Source: a virus
Taxonomy: Duplodnaviria; Caudoviricetes
Reading direction: 5' to 3' (one strand)
Virus record (IMG/VR): IMGVR_UViG_3300042997_002652
Span: 128,001-192,000 of that record
Length of the DNA stretch: 64,000 nt
Below the pieces are notes generated by a model. The model was given only the letters and a program-made list of their open reading frames with translations. It was not told the DNA's origin and made no database searches. Each line of letters opens with the position of its first letter. Position 1 is the stretch's first letter. Made by a program: the position numbers and the translations under genes. Positions 26,659 through 35,788 of this stretch are shown in pieces.

Positions 26659-27023
26659 TTTTTGTATCCCTTGAAAGGTTTTAAAGTACTTTGTGTGTTA
26701 GTGGAATCAAGTTCGTCACTATTTAAATCACCGTGATTTAAATCTTTGAATTTTATACCTGCTGCTTTATATGCTATTTTTAGCATGGCTTCTTCTTCTT
26801 TAGTATATGCGTGTGCAGTATTAAACTTTCCTGCCCAGCTTTCACCGTCCATTGCAGGTACGATGTTGCCGTCAGTACATGCTGCTGCCATCATTACTCG
26901 GTTTAAGTCATAAGTTCTATCATAATTAGAATTAGCAAATACATGTAATCCCCTAGTAGGATTACTTTGCCTTTTAGACAATTTCCCTATTTTACTTTCA
27001 GTTACAAATTCTTTAGCTCTCAT
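26655..27023 (-). CDS. hypothetical protein with capsid-targeting-like N-terminus
   Basis: Starts MRAKEFVTE. Confidence 0.75.
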   Translation of the reverse strand: MRAKEFVTESKIGKLSKRQSNPTRGLHVFANSNYDRTYDLNRVMMAAACTDGNIVPAMDGESWAGKFNTAHAYTKEEEAMLKIAYKAAGIKFKDLNHGDLNSDELDSTNTQSTLKPFKGYKK

Positions 27024-27024
27024 A

Positions 27025-27558
27025 TTATTCCGTAGTAACGTCTAAATCACTTTCAGTACTCATAACAGAACCAGCAACAAAACCATCCAATTCTATTAAT
27101 AAAGCTGCGTCATTAACATCTACATAAGTTACAGTAGATGCTATAAAGTGTTGCATCACTACATTAGCAAGAGGCGTAGTTACTATCCTAACATTGCCAC
27201 TAGATACGTTCATATCATAAGTAGCTAATGCATTTCCGTTAAATGTTGTAGCGTATCCTGTCCACTTTACTTGTGTTAAATTGTTTAATATTTGAGCAGA
27301 AATTAAAATATCTTGACTATCGTTATTACTAGGATTTCCTGTTCTAATTTGAAATTGACCTTGAGTAAATTCAGCTACCGGTGTTTGCCAAATTACTTGA
27401 TTTGCGCTAGTTCCTGATGTAATTGATTCTAGTGTATTAGTAGAAGTTGCAAATAGATTAGAAAAGTTATTGTTAATCTTTCCAAACGCAACTCGTAACG
27501 GATCACCTTCACCATCGTTTGGTAACGTGCCTATATTAATAATTTCTTGTGTAGCCAT
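27025..27558 (-). CDS. baseplate wedge/tail-related structural protein
   Basis: INIG..PNDG.GDPLR.AF.KIN.NF motif of T4 gp9/gp10-type N-termini; TAAATA at 27587-27582. Confidence 0.7.
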   Translation of the reverse strand: MATQEIINIGTLPNDGEGDPLRVAFGKINNNFSNLFATSTNTLESITSGTSANQVIWQTPVAEFTQGQFQIRTGNPSNNDSQDILISAQILNNLTQVKWTGYATTFNGNALATYDMNVSSGNVRIVTTPLANVVMQHFIASTVTYVDVNDAALLIELDGFVAGSVMSTESDLDVTTE

Positions 27559-27591
27559 GATATTAATCCAATGTTATTATATATTTATCTG

Positions 27592-27798
27592 TTACAGAAT
27601 AGCTTTAGCTACTTTAGAAGCTTTAATCATAGCATCATACAAATCTTGTTTTTTCTGTAAATCTTTTGTATTATTAGAAATTGCAGATTCAAGATTTAAT
27701 CCATTAATAAGCGTAGCATATTCTTTATCTGATAACTTTCCTGACTCATGAAGTTTTTGAATGTCATTAAATTTCTTTTCTAAATCGTTAATGTTCAT
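27592..27798 (-). CDS. small protein with SHOCT-like motif
   Basis: QKLHESGKLSDKEY. Confidence 0.6.
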   Translation of the reverse strand: MNINDLEKKFNDIQKLHESGKLSDKEYATLINGLNLESAISNNTKDLQKKQDLYDAMIKASKVAKAIL

Positions 27799-28199
27799 CG
27801 TGGTTTATCTCCTAATACTTGTTGAATTGTTTCGGCTGATGCAATTATTTGTTCTAAACTAAGCTCACAAAAAGTTTGTGATACTTGATCATTAGTAGCA
27901 TATAATTCTACACCTTGGTCTATTAATTGATATAAATCATTAGATAATTCATGTGTATCTTGATTTCGTCTTAGATATTGAGTGAAATTCTTAAACTCTA
28001 AAGAACTTCTATACAAAGTAACAAAGTTTTCCTTTGATACTTCATTGTTATCGCACGTTTCTACTGACAGTTCAGCAGTGGTTCTTATCCAATTGATTAG
28101 TTCATATTCATTAGTATCATACTTTGCTACTAAAAAATAATTAAATGTACTGCACCCTGACAGTAATAATAGTGCTGTGATAATTAATATATTTTTCAT
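27795..28199 (-). CDS. lipoprotein
   Basis: Lipobox LLSGC. Confidence 0.8.
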   Translation of the reverse strand: MKNILIITALLLLSGCSTFNYFLVAKYDTNEYELINWIRTTAELSVETCDNNEVSKENFVTLYRSSLEFKNFTQYLRRNQDTHELSNDLYQLIDQGVELYATNDQVSQTFCELSLEQIIASAETIQQVLGDKPR

Positions 28200-28200
28200 A

Positions 28201-28722
28201 TTAGTTTCCTATATTTGGTAATAAACGTCTAAAAAATCCGCGATCTTCTACTGGTTCAGGAACAGTGGGTTCTGTAGTTTCGTTATTTGATTGTTCTATT
28301 TCTAATTGATTACTTTGTCTTTCTTGATTTTCTTCTAACCAACCTGAAGGACCTTTTGGTTTGGTAGCTTCACGGTAATATTTTATAATTTCAGTTTGCT
28401 GTCTAATATATCTACGCATTTCTTGAAAGTTGTATGCCATGTTTTCATAGCTTTGAGGAGTCATACCAAACACAACAAAGTCTGCTCCAGTAAAACTTTT
28501 TACTTCTGAAATCTTGTCTTGTAGATTAGATTCAGTTAATACAAACCATTGAACATCGTCTAATTGTATTTCGGGCGGAAGAGGTGGTTGATATATTTCT
28601 AGTTGTACTGTTTCTGTAATTATTTTTACAGGGGGCAGCGGTAAAGGTTCAGGAGTGCTAGGACGTAAAAAACTACAACCCGGCAGTAGAAACAATAAAG
28701 CAATTAGCATGATTTTATTCAT
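28201..28722 (-). CDS. o-spanin-like lipoprotein
   Basis: Lipobox LPGC, Pro-rich, follows i-spanin-like gene. Confidence 0.65.
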   Translation of the reverse strand: MNKIMLIALLFLLPGCSFLRPSTPEPLPLPPVKIITETVQLEIYQPPLPPEIQLDDVQWFVLTESNLQDKISEVKSFTGADFVVFGMTPQSYENMAYNFQEMRRYIRQQTEIIKYYREATKPKGPSGWLEENQERQSNQLEIEQSNNETTEPTVPEPVEDRGFFRRLLPNIGN

Positions 28723-29134
28723 TTAATTGATCTACCTCTTTAGAATCTTCTTCCATTTGTCTAAACACTTCTTGTGTTCCATTATTAAGTCTAGGTTCAA
28801 TCAATCCAGGTCTAGCTAGTGCTAACCTTTGTAGATCATGCCTGCGAAATATACTTAAGTATTCATCTTTTTCTGATTGTAGTTGCTGATTAGCTGAAGT
28901 TAGGTTAGTCATTTGCTCTACTTGGCGCTGACTATTTTCTTCTAATGATCTGATAGTTTGTTCGTTTATTTCTGCTGCGGATTGTAACGCTACATTTTGT
29001 GCTTGATACTGCCTTACATCAGATTGTAACTGAGTTATTTGGGTATTAAGTTGGTTAACAATAAACCAATGCGCTGCATAACCAGCGCCGGCAAGTAATA
29101 GTACAATGGGTAGTATTTTTAAATATGCAAACAT
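28715..29134 (-). CDS. i-spanin-like protein
   Basis: N-terminal TM plus coiled coil, overlaps the lipoprotein gene start. Confidence 0.65.
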   Translation of the reverse strand: MFAYLKILPIVLLLAGAGYAAHWFIVNQLNTQITQLQSDVRQYQAQNVALQSAAEINEQTIRSLEENSQRQVEQMTNLTSANQQLQSEKDEYLSIFRRHDLQRLALARPGLIEPRLNNGTQEVFRQMEEDSKEVDQLNE

Positions 29135-29140
29135 AGTCTT

Positions 29141-30217
29141 CTATTTATCATAGAAGGCTTTTACCATGGTGGCTATATACTCAACTTCGCTGTCTAACAG
29201 TTCAGGATAAATGGGTAAACTTAAAACGGATCTAGATAACATTGCACTAGCTGTTAAAAAGTCTAATGTATTTTCACACAAGAACTTAGTTGCAGGTAAC
29301 TCAGAAATAGTTTGTTCATAATGAACCTTGACTTCTATCTTATGCTTGAGTAAATGAAATCTTAATAAGTCTCTATCGTCTGTAGCAATTACGAATTTTT
29401 GATCTGCGTGACGATAAAATTTCTTACTCAAACATTTGATTGGAAGATTTTCAAACTCTTTAATATAATACTTTCTGATCTTTTGTCTACGTATCTGCCA
29501 CTGATCTATATGTAGCGATCTTGCTAGTACATGAGCACAATCTATTTCACTCATTTTACTGTTAGTACCTGCTACAAAGATTTCTTGTGCAAAGTGCTTA
29601 CCGTTATCTTTATAAGATTTTGCAAACTTGTACAACTCTTCGCTGTTAGTTACGATTGCACCACCGTTTCCCGAAGCAGGTAAGTTTTTTGTAGGGTCAA
29701 AACTAATTGCCATACCCAATCCTACATTACCATTAGCTATCAACCAGTGTTGCGCACCATCTACTATATCTTGAGAAGTTAATAAGTCTGGAGTAGGTGC
29801 TCCATATAAACCTACATAGCAATTGTATGTGTTTATACTTTCTCGTTCTGGTTGCAACATTATACCATGTGAATCAGTATCTACGATTTCTATATCATAG
29901 TTTTTAGTATATGCGTTATTGTTAACAAACGCATTTAGTGTAGCTCTGTATGTAAGATTAGGTATACGGATATGCAGGGGGATAGTTAAGTCTAAGCTAG
30001 TGTAGCAAAGATACTTTGCAATGATTTCTAATGCTTGAGTTCCGCTGTGAACAACTACTGCGTATTCACATTTGGTTCTGTTGACTAACCAATTTTCTAG
30101 TCTATTAGTATAACTACCGTCGCAAAAGATACCAGATTTTAGTACGTCATCTGTGGCTGATAAAAGTTCATGTTTTAAATTTAGATACTGACGATCTAAA
30201 CCAAAATGTTTAATCAA
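29141..30217 (-). CDS. DegT/DnrJ/EryC1/StrS PLP-dependent sugar aminotransferase
   Basis: SGTQALE, DGAQ, SFDPTKNLP..GNGGA, NSKM, LSLPIYP. Confidence 0.9.
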   Translation of the reverse strand: MIKHFGLDRQYLNLKHELLSATDDVLKSGIFCDGSYTNRLENWLVNRTKCEYAVVVHSGTQALEIIAKYLCYTSLDLTIPLHIRIPNLTYRATLNAFVNNNAYTKNYDIEIVDTDSHGIMLQPERESINTYNCYVGLYGAPTPDLLTSQDIVDGAQHWLIANGNVGLGMAISFDPTKNLPASGNGGAIVTNSEELYKFAKSYKDNGKHFAQEIFVAGTNSKMSEIDCAHVLARSLHIDQWQIRRQKIRKYYIKEFENLPIKCLSKKFYRHADQKFVIATDDRDLLRFHLLKHKIEVKVHYEQTISELPATKFLCENTLDFLTASAMLSRSVLSLPIYPELLDSEVEYIATMVKAFYDK

Positions 30218-31179
30218 AGTTTCTTAGACCAATAAGGAGAATTTATAATCCAATCGTAATAAATCTTAAAGCCTTCTTCAACATCAACTTTAGGATCAAA
30301 GTTAAAGTCATTTCTAGCAGCCGCTATATTAAGTGAGCCTCTGCTAGGAAAGTCAGCGTCTTTATCTTTAATCTCAATTGAGCCTTTACCAGCTAATTTG
30401 ACTGCTAGTTCTGCTGCATACTTTAAAGTTCTGCTGTGGCTTTTTGTAATGTTGTAAGTTTTGTTGATAGCGTTTTCACTTAATGTAGCAGCTACTATAC
30501 CCTCAGCAGCATCATCTACATATGTAAAGTCAAGGGTTTCATTTACCCCGTTTACTTTTAGTGTTTGACCGCGTAATGCGCTTAGAATAAACTTTGATAT
30601 TACTCTGTCTTCAACGTCAAGAGGACCGTATACTGCACTTGGTCTGATGATAGTATGTTCTAAGTTACAGCTACGAGTATAGTCTTTTACTAACCATTCA
30701 CCTGCTAGCTTCATTATACCATATTGACCTTGAGGTTTACATATAGCATCTTCAGTTACATCGTCTGTAAAGTCTCCATATACCATAGAACTACTAATAT
30801 AAACAAATCGTCTTACTTTATGCTTTTTAGCAAGTTCAAGTAAGTTAATTAAACCCTCGCTCATTGTTCTACTACCAGCACGAGGATTTACGTTAACTAC
30901 TTTTTGTCTAGGAAAGCTAGCAAGATGAATAATGATTTCTGGTTTGTCGTCATTGATTATTTCATCTAGCGCATAATAATCAGTAATATCTGCGTTAAAT
31001 ATATCTTTAGTTTTTATTTTCTTAATGCGTTCATTCATCAAGTAATTTAGTTCATCGGCAGGTATTAAACCATAACTAGTTTTATTATCTACGATAGTTA
31101 TTTCGTGTCCCAAACTTTCTAGTTTGTTAACTATGTTATGTCCAATTAAACCTAACCCGCCAGTGACTAATATTCTCAT
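30214..31179 (-). CDS. NAD-dependent epimerase/dehydratase (extended SDR)
   Basis: MRILVTGGLGLIG, ISSSMVYG, YGIMK; start by ATGA overlap. Confidence 0.92.
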   Translation of the reverse strand: MRILVTGGLGLIGHNIVNKLESLGHEITIVDNKTSYGLIPADELNYLMNERIKKIKTKDIFNADITDYYALDEIINDDKPEIIIHLASFPRQKVVNVNPRAGSRTMSEGLINLLELAKKHKVRRFVYISSSMVYGDFTDDVTEDAICKPQGQYGIMKLAGEWLVKDYTRSCNLEHTIIRPSAVYGPLDVEDRVISKFILSALRGQTLKVNGVNETLDFTYVDDAAEGIVAATLSENAINKTYNITKSHSRTLKYAAELAVKLAGKGSIEIKDKDADFPSRGSLNIAAARNDFNFDPKVDVEEGFKIYYDWIINSPYWSKKL

Positions 31180-31943
31180 TGAAGTAATGTCCACACCGTA
31201 GTATCAATGCCTGTGCTTTCTAACTGTGCTGCATCAGTTAACTTAGGATGAAAATTCAACCCAGTCATTTTTTCAATATTCTCAATTGTAGTTACCGTAG
31301 CAGATATGTCTTGTGTTCTAACTGGCTCATTAGGGAATAAAAATGCTACTGCTGTATTAGAATTACTATCTACAACAACTTTCCAAATATATTGAGGTAT
31401 GCCTAATCCATTGCCTATTACTTCATAGCCGGGATTATACACAGTACCTACAGTAACATATAAATTCATACCTGTTTTTGCTAAGTTTCTAATACGATCT
31501 TCTAATATACGCCAAGCACCTCTGTTTTGATTTGGATTCTGCGGAACCATATTACTTAGATAAAAGCTTTGTGACATTTGTTCTTCGCTTGCTGTGTTAT
31601 CAGCAGCGGCACTTAAATGTCCTCTGTCATATGGCTTGCCTGCGTAATCAGCTAAAGTAACATCATGTTCACTGGGAATAACAGGATCATCTCTAAAGTT
31701 ATCTTTACGCTTTGCTGTTCCTGTAATATCTTCAGGGTCTATACGATAAGTTACATACTCTGCGGTTTTAGTGTCAAACCTAAAATGAACAGCATAGTTT
31801 AAGTGACAAACATACTGTGACTCAGTGATTGCTGACACCGGGGCGCCTGCAGGATGAGCATGATCAGGGCAATTATCATCAATAGGGTTGGCATAAATTG
31901 TTGTGCTTAAAAGTAACGCTAATATTGTTGTTATTGTTCTCAT
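31176..31943 (-). CDS. DNA/RNA non-specific endonuclease (NucA/Serratia type) with signal peptide
   Basis: YDRGHL, SFYLSNMVPQ...N.G.W; hydrophobic signal peptide. Confidence 0.9.
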   Translation of the reverse strand: MRTITTILALLLSTTIYANPIDDNCPDHAHPAGAPVSAITESQYVCHLNYAVHFRFDTKTAEYVTYRIDPEDITGTAKRKDNFRDDPVIPSEHDVTLADYAGKPYDRGHLSAAADNTASEEQMSQSFYLSNMVPQNPNQNRGAWRILEDRIRNLAKTGMNLYVTVGTVYNPGYEVIGNGLGIPQYIWKVVVDSNSNTAVAFLFPNEPVRTQDISATVTTIENIEKMTGLNFHPKLTDAAQLESTGIDTTVWTLLQ

Positions 31944-32179
31944 TTAAATTTTAATCTCCAAAATGTTTCAATTTTTTCTTCTAATGTGGCCCAAAGTTCT
32001 ACTTTCTCATTGAAGGTATTAGGGTCGTTCATAACTCTTATCTGGATAGGAGTTTGGCTATGTTGTTTTATAAACTTTCCTTCTTCAGTTTCAAACCATA
32101 TCTTTATTGTTTTTTCGGCAATATTCGGATAGTTAAAATCGTTACTAATATCAAACGATATAACTTCTACTTTTTTCAT
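31940..32179 (-). CDS. hypothetical protein
   Basis: 79 aa; similar style to 34564-34821. Confidence 0.7.
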   Translation of the reverse strand: MKKVEVISFDISNDFNYPNIAEKTIKIWFETEEGKFIKQHSQTPIQIRVMNDPNTFNEKVELWATLEEKIETFWRLKFK

Positions 32180-33045
32180 ACTGCCATTGGTGCTTTAATA
32201 GCATCATGTGACTGATAGTTATTTAGTTTAATGTCATCCATTGTAAAATGATCAATATTTTTTATCGCAGGGTTAAGCCAAAGAGTAGGTTCAGGATATG
32301 CTTCTCTTGATAATTGTTCTTTAACTTGTTCTACGTGATCTTGATAGATATGTGTATCACCAAAGCTAATAATCAGTTCTTTAGCTTTTAATCCAGTTAC
32401 ATGCGCAATCATGTGCGTAAGTAACGCATAGCTTGCGATATTGAACGGGACACCTAAAAAGATGTCTGCGGACCGCTGATACATATGACAACTTAGTGTT
32501 CCATCAGTGCCTACATAAAACTGAAACATAACATGACAGGGCGGCAATGCCATTTTATTTAGTTCAGCAACATTCCATGCGCTAACGATGTGTCTACGAC
32601 CATATGGATCTTTTTTGATGTTTTCAATAACTTGTTTAAGTTGGTCAATAAAAACAGGTTCTGCTTGACATATACTAGTAGTGTGCGTATCCCACTGTCG
32701 CCACTGTACACCATACACTCTACCCAAGTCGCCTTCAAACTTGGCTCTAGGTTTCCAGTAAGGTGACTCGGCATTACCAGTCCATATTGTTGATTTAGAA
32801 GGATCGCGTGTGCCGTGTGTTATCTCGGAAAGTCTTCGTTCGTCACTTGATCCTTCTAAGAACCAAAGTAATTCAGCTACACATGCTCGCCATGCTAGCT
32901 TTTTTGTAGTGATTGCAGGGAAAGTTGTTCTAAGATCAAAACGTAGCTGACGACCAAATACTGATATAGTTCCTGTGTTTGTTCTATCGCTACGTTCCTC
33001 GCCGTTTTCAAGAATGTCTTTAAGTAAATTGTGATACTGTTCCAT
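32176..33045 (-). CDS. thyA: thymidylate synthase
   Basis: DRTNTGT, GRVYGVQWR, MALPPCH, YQRSADIFLGVPFNIASY. Confidence 0.97.
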   Translation of the reverse strand: MEQYHNLLKDILENGEERSDRTNTGTISVFGRQLRFDLRTTFPAITTKKLAWRACVAELLWFLEGSSDERRLSEITHGTRDPSKSTIWTGNAESPYWKPRAKFEGDLGRVYGVQWRQWDTHTTSICQAEPVFIDQLKQVIENIKKDPYGRRHIVSAWNVAELNKMALPPCHVMFQFYVGTDGTLSCHMYQRSADIFLGVPFNIASYALLTHMIAHVTGLKAKELIISFGDTHIYQDHVEQVKEQLSREAYPEPTLWLNPAIKNIDHFTMDDIKLNNYQSHDAIKAPMAV

Positions 33046-33502
33046 CTTTTCTTTTCCAAACCTCGTAGCTATGATCTTTGTGATGTTCTATATGAACGCG
33101 AGTATAATTGTGTTCTAAGTATACTAGATCAACAAAACAATCACAATCATAATGGTCATTTGTTAAAGACAAATAAATTTCGTCTATGTAATCCCAACTA
33201 GAGTTTACTAGACTAGCACCACCTATTAACCAAGCATTTTTAAAATGGTTGAAATGTGATAAGTCTTTTACTGCAACAGCGCCAGGTGGTAATTCTAATT
33301 GATGACTAGTAACAACAAAGTTAAGTCTATTAGTGAGAGGTTTCTTAGGTAAGCTTAACCATGTATTTCTACCCATTACTATTACTTGGTCAGTGGTAAG
33401 TTTTTTAAATCTAGGCAAGTCGCCTTCTAACATAGGCCACGGTAAAGTATTATCTTTACCGATTCCGCCCTGTGGATCACATGCTAATATTAATTTCATC
33501 AA
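33020..33502 (-). CDS. folA: dihydrofolate reductase
   Basis: GIGKDNTLPW, D...FK, IVMGRNT, PL..R.N.V, IGG. Confidence 0.92.
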   Translation of the reverse strand: MMKLILACDPQGGIGKDNTLPWPMLEGDLPRFKKLTTDQVIVMGRNTWLSLPKKPLTNRLNFVVTSHQLELPPGAVAVKDLSHFNHFKNAWLIGGASLVNSSWDYIDEIYLSLTNDHYDCDCFVDLVYLEHNYTRVHIEHHKDHSYEVWKRKDGTVSQFT

Positions 33503-33795
33503 AGACCGTTTAATAATTTATCTGTTTCTGGTTGTACTATTTCTGCAATAGTATCTACGTTTAGTACAAACTCAATACTTACAACTTGGTCATCAAGTTC
33601 TAATAACTTAGTACTAACAGTATCTTCAACATCTTCAGGTTCTAAACCCTGCTTTAGCATCTTTTCAATATTAATAGTATGCTGTTTTCTTTTTTCAAGT
33701 TTTATTACTAACTTTCTGATAAACTCTATAGGTATAGCACGTTTATCAACATCTTCTAAAATATGTGACCACTTTTTACTAAAATCAGGTGACAT
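33499..33795 (-). CDS. hypothetical protein
   Basis: 98 aa, coupled ORF. Confidence 0.75.
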   Translation of the reverse strand: MSPDFSKKWSHILEDVDKRAIPIEFIRKLVIKLEKRKQHTINIEKMLKQGLEPEDVEDTVSTKLLELDDQVVSIEFVLNVDTIAEIVQPETDKLLNGL

Positions 33796-34505
33796 TAGGC
33801 TTCAACTTTTGGTTTCTTTACTCGTGTTTTAGCAACAACTTTAGGTTGTTCTACCGGAGCAACAGTAGTAGCTGCTTTAGTTTTTCTAGTTGTCTTTTTT
33901 TCTACTGAAACACCTAGCATCTGATTAGCTTCGCTCATCATTCTTTCAGATTCAGCTAAAAGTCCTTTAGCTTCAGTTGCCATTCTTTCAGCTTGAGTAC
34001 GCAAGTTATTTGCTATTTGGTGGTCACCTAATACATCAGTTGATTGTGAAACAACAGGTTCTTTATTGTTGCGCATTCTACGAGCAACATCAGCAGGATC
34101 TTGCAACCCAGTGCTTGAGTCAAGTTCTGCTAACCGCTTTACCGCAGCCTCACCCTGCTTCATTTCATCCAGAATTTTATTCAACTCGTTTAGCTTAATT
34201 CTAGTATTAGGAGCAGGAGTAACTATTACTTGTTCTGTATTAACTTTCTTTAATTGGCCTTCAGCGTGTAGTGCTTGAAGAATGATTTTACCATCAATAG
34301 TGTAAGTGCGATTAAGTGCATCAGCTAAGTTTTCACTGCTTTGTCCGATATCACTTTCAATACATTTCATCAATGGATCATGAATATGTCTGTTAAGCAC
34401 TTCAGGGTATGCAACCAAACACATGTGAGGTTCACCTGGTACTTCTCTAAAAATAATAGCAATCTTTCTTTCGTTATGTTTACCGATGTGTCTTAAAAAA
34501 CTCAT
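33795..34505 (-). CDS. hypothetical protein
   Basis: 236 aa, GGAGA SD, TAAATA upstream, basic tail. Confidence 0.8.
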   Translation of the reverse strand: MSFLRHIGKHNERKIAIIFREVPGEPHMCLVAYPEVLNRHIHDPLMKCIESDIGQSSENLADALNRTYTIDGKIILQALHAEGQLKKVNTEQVIVTPAPNTRIKLNELNKILDEMKQGEAAVKRLAELDSSTGLQDPADVARRMRNNKEPVVSQSTDVLGDHQIANNLRTQAERMATEAKGLLAESERMMSEANQMLGVSVEKKTTRKTKAATTVAPVEQPKVVAKTRVKKPKVEA

Positions 34506-34563
34506 ATAGTTTCTCCTTGTATATCGTATTTACAATAAAGAAACAGTGTGTGAAAATTTTTAC

Positions 34564-34821
34564 CTAGTTCCACATAAGTTGGAAATAGGTAGCTTCTTGA
34601 GGATTTTCAAAAGCAGGAGAATATCCAAATGCCCACGGATTAGATGCTATATTTAAATCGGTATAGTTGGGAATCTCTACTAAACAAAATCTACCAGTTA
34701 GCTTTTCAAGAATCCATTGTTTGGACTCTTGAGTAATTAAAGTATCTACTACTACAAAGTGTGCAGGTATATAATTTAATTCTCTGTTACTAAACCATGT
34801 GTAAACATTTAATTCTGTCAT
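34564..34821 (-). CDS. hypothetical protein
   Basis: 85 aa. Confidence 0.7.
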   Translation of the reverse strand: MTELNVYTWFSNRELNYIPAHFVVVDTLITQESKQWILEKLTGRFCLVEIPNYTDLNIASNPWAFGYSPAFENPQEATYFQLMWN

Positions 34822-35198
34822 TCATACAACCTAGCAATTACAGTTAACTTATCCCACAAATCTTTTGCCGCAGGTTCTTGCAACAAGTGAGGAGGAAATA
34901 TTTCAATCCAAAGTTTATCACCGCCACGGAAAAACGGATTAGTTTTAAAGTTTCTAGGCTGGTGTATTTTTCCGTTGTTCCATAACCGAATACCTAATTC
35001 TTTTGCTTCCTCATAAGTCCATTGTGAAATGTCATACTCACCGTAACGTTCGTAATGGTACTGTTTGATGATTAAAAGAAAATCATCTATAGTGTGAGAC
35101 ATAGTACCTGTTACTATCAAGAAAACTTGATCCTCGGACACTTCACCCTTGAGTATGCTGCGCAAACATCTTCCTAAACTTGTACCAATATATTTCAT
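34818..35198 (-). CDS. hypothetical protein
   Basis: 126 aa, ATGA overlaps. Confidence 0.75.
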   Translation of the reverse strand: MKYIGTSLGRCLRSILKGEVSEDQVFLIVTGTMSHTIDDFLLIIKQYHYERYGEYDISQWTYEEAKELGIRLWNNGKIHQPRNFKTNPFFRGGDKLWIEIFPPHLLQEPAAKDLWDKLTVIARLYE

Positions 35199-35569
35199 CG
35201 TATAACAACCCTAGCTTTTTCATCAACGTAATCACTATAAGTTTTGTAACCATTTTTTCTAATCCAATCAACAACAATTTGAGGGTCAGTTTTAAATAAT
35301 TCCTTTACTCCGTCTATGTCTAATGCGGAATTAAATTCATAAATTTCATACGATCTTTGAGAGTTCATTCTGGCTCTAAGAATCATTTGATTTAATGGAA
35401 TAGGATTTGGTTTTGGACCGGCGTAGTTTTCTTCCTTTAAGATAGAAAAAATAGTTTCCTTTTCCCAGTTTTCAATTTCCTGTTTGGCGGCAGCAACATC
35501 ATAGATACATTCCAATCCTTCATTACACCACATTGCCAAAAAATGATGTGTTTTATTTTGTGAGTTCAT
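35195..35569 (-). CDS. hypothetical protein (MNSQNKTHHFLAMWC...)
   Basis: Downstream half of ORF-track 35195..35905. Confidence 0.65.
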   Translation of the reverse strand: MNSQNKTHHFLAMWCNEGLECIYDVAAAKQEIENWEKETIFSILKEENYAGPKPNPIPLNQMILRARMNSQRSYEIYEFNSALDIDGVKELFKTDPQIVVDWIRKNGYKTYSDYVDEKARVVIR

Positions 35570-35788
35570 ATACCATTTCCGCTTTTTTATTAAATCATCA
35601 AGTGCTGGATTAGTTTCGGCAGCTTTTAGAATATCTTGCCAATCAGACCAACGACTAACCCACAGTGGATATTTGCTATGAACCAATGTACGCTCGGTAC
35701 TTCCTATAGTGCGGGCGTACACTGTGTGTCCCCTGTCAGGGGATTCAAATATTACCTCAGGCTGCTTGGGAGATTCTGTGGTCATCAT
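35553..35788 (-). CDS. hypothetical protein (ESPDRGHTVYAR), apparently frameshifted at an A6 run
   Basis: One extra A gives ...DDLIKKAEMVYELTK* ending at 35553; as given it fuses to the next gene. Confidence 0.5.

Noticed and set aside
16229-33045. Introns or inteins in uvsX, terL or thyA
   Set aside because: Lengths are typical, motifs are contiguous and no homing-endonuclease ORF is seen.
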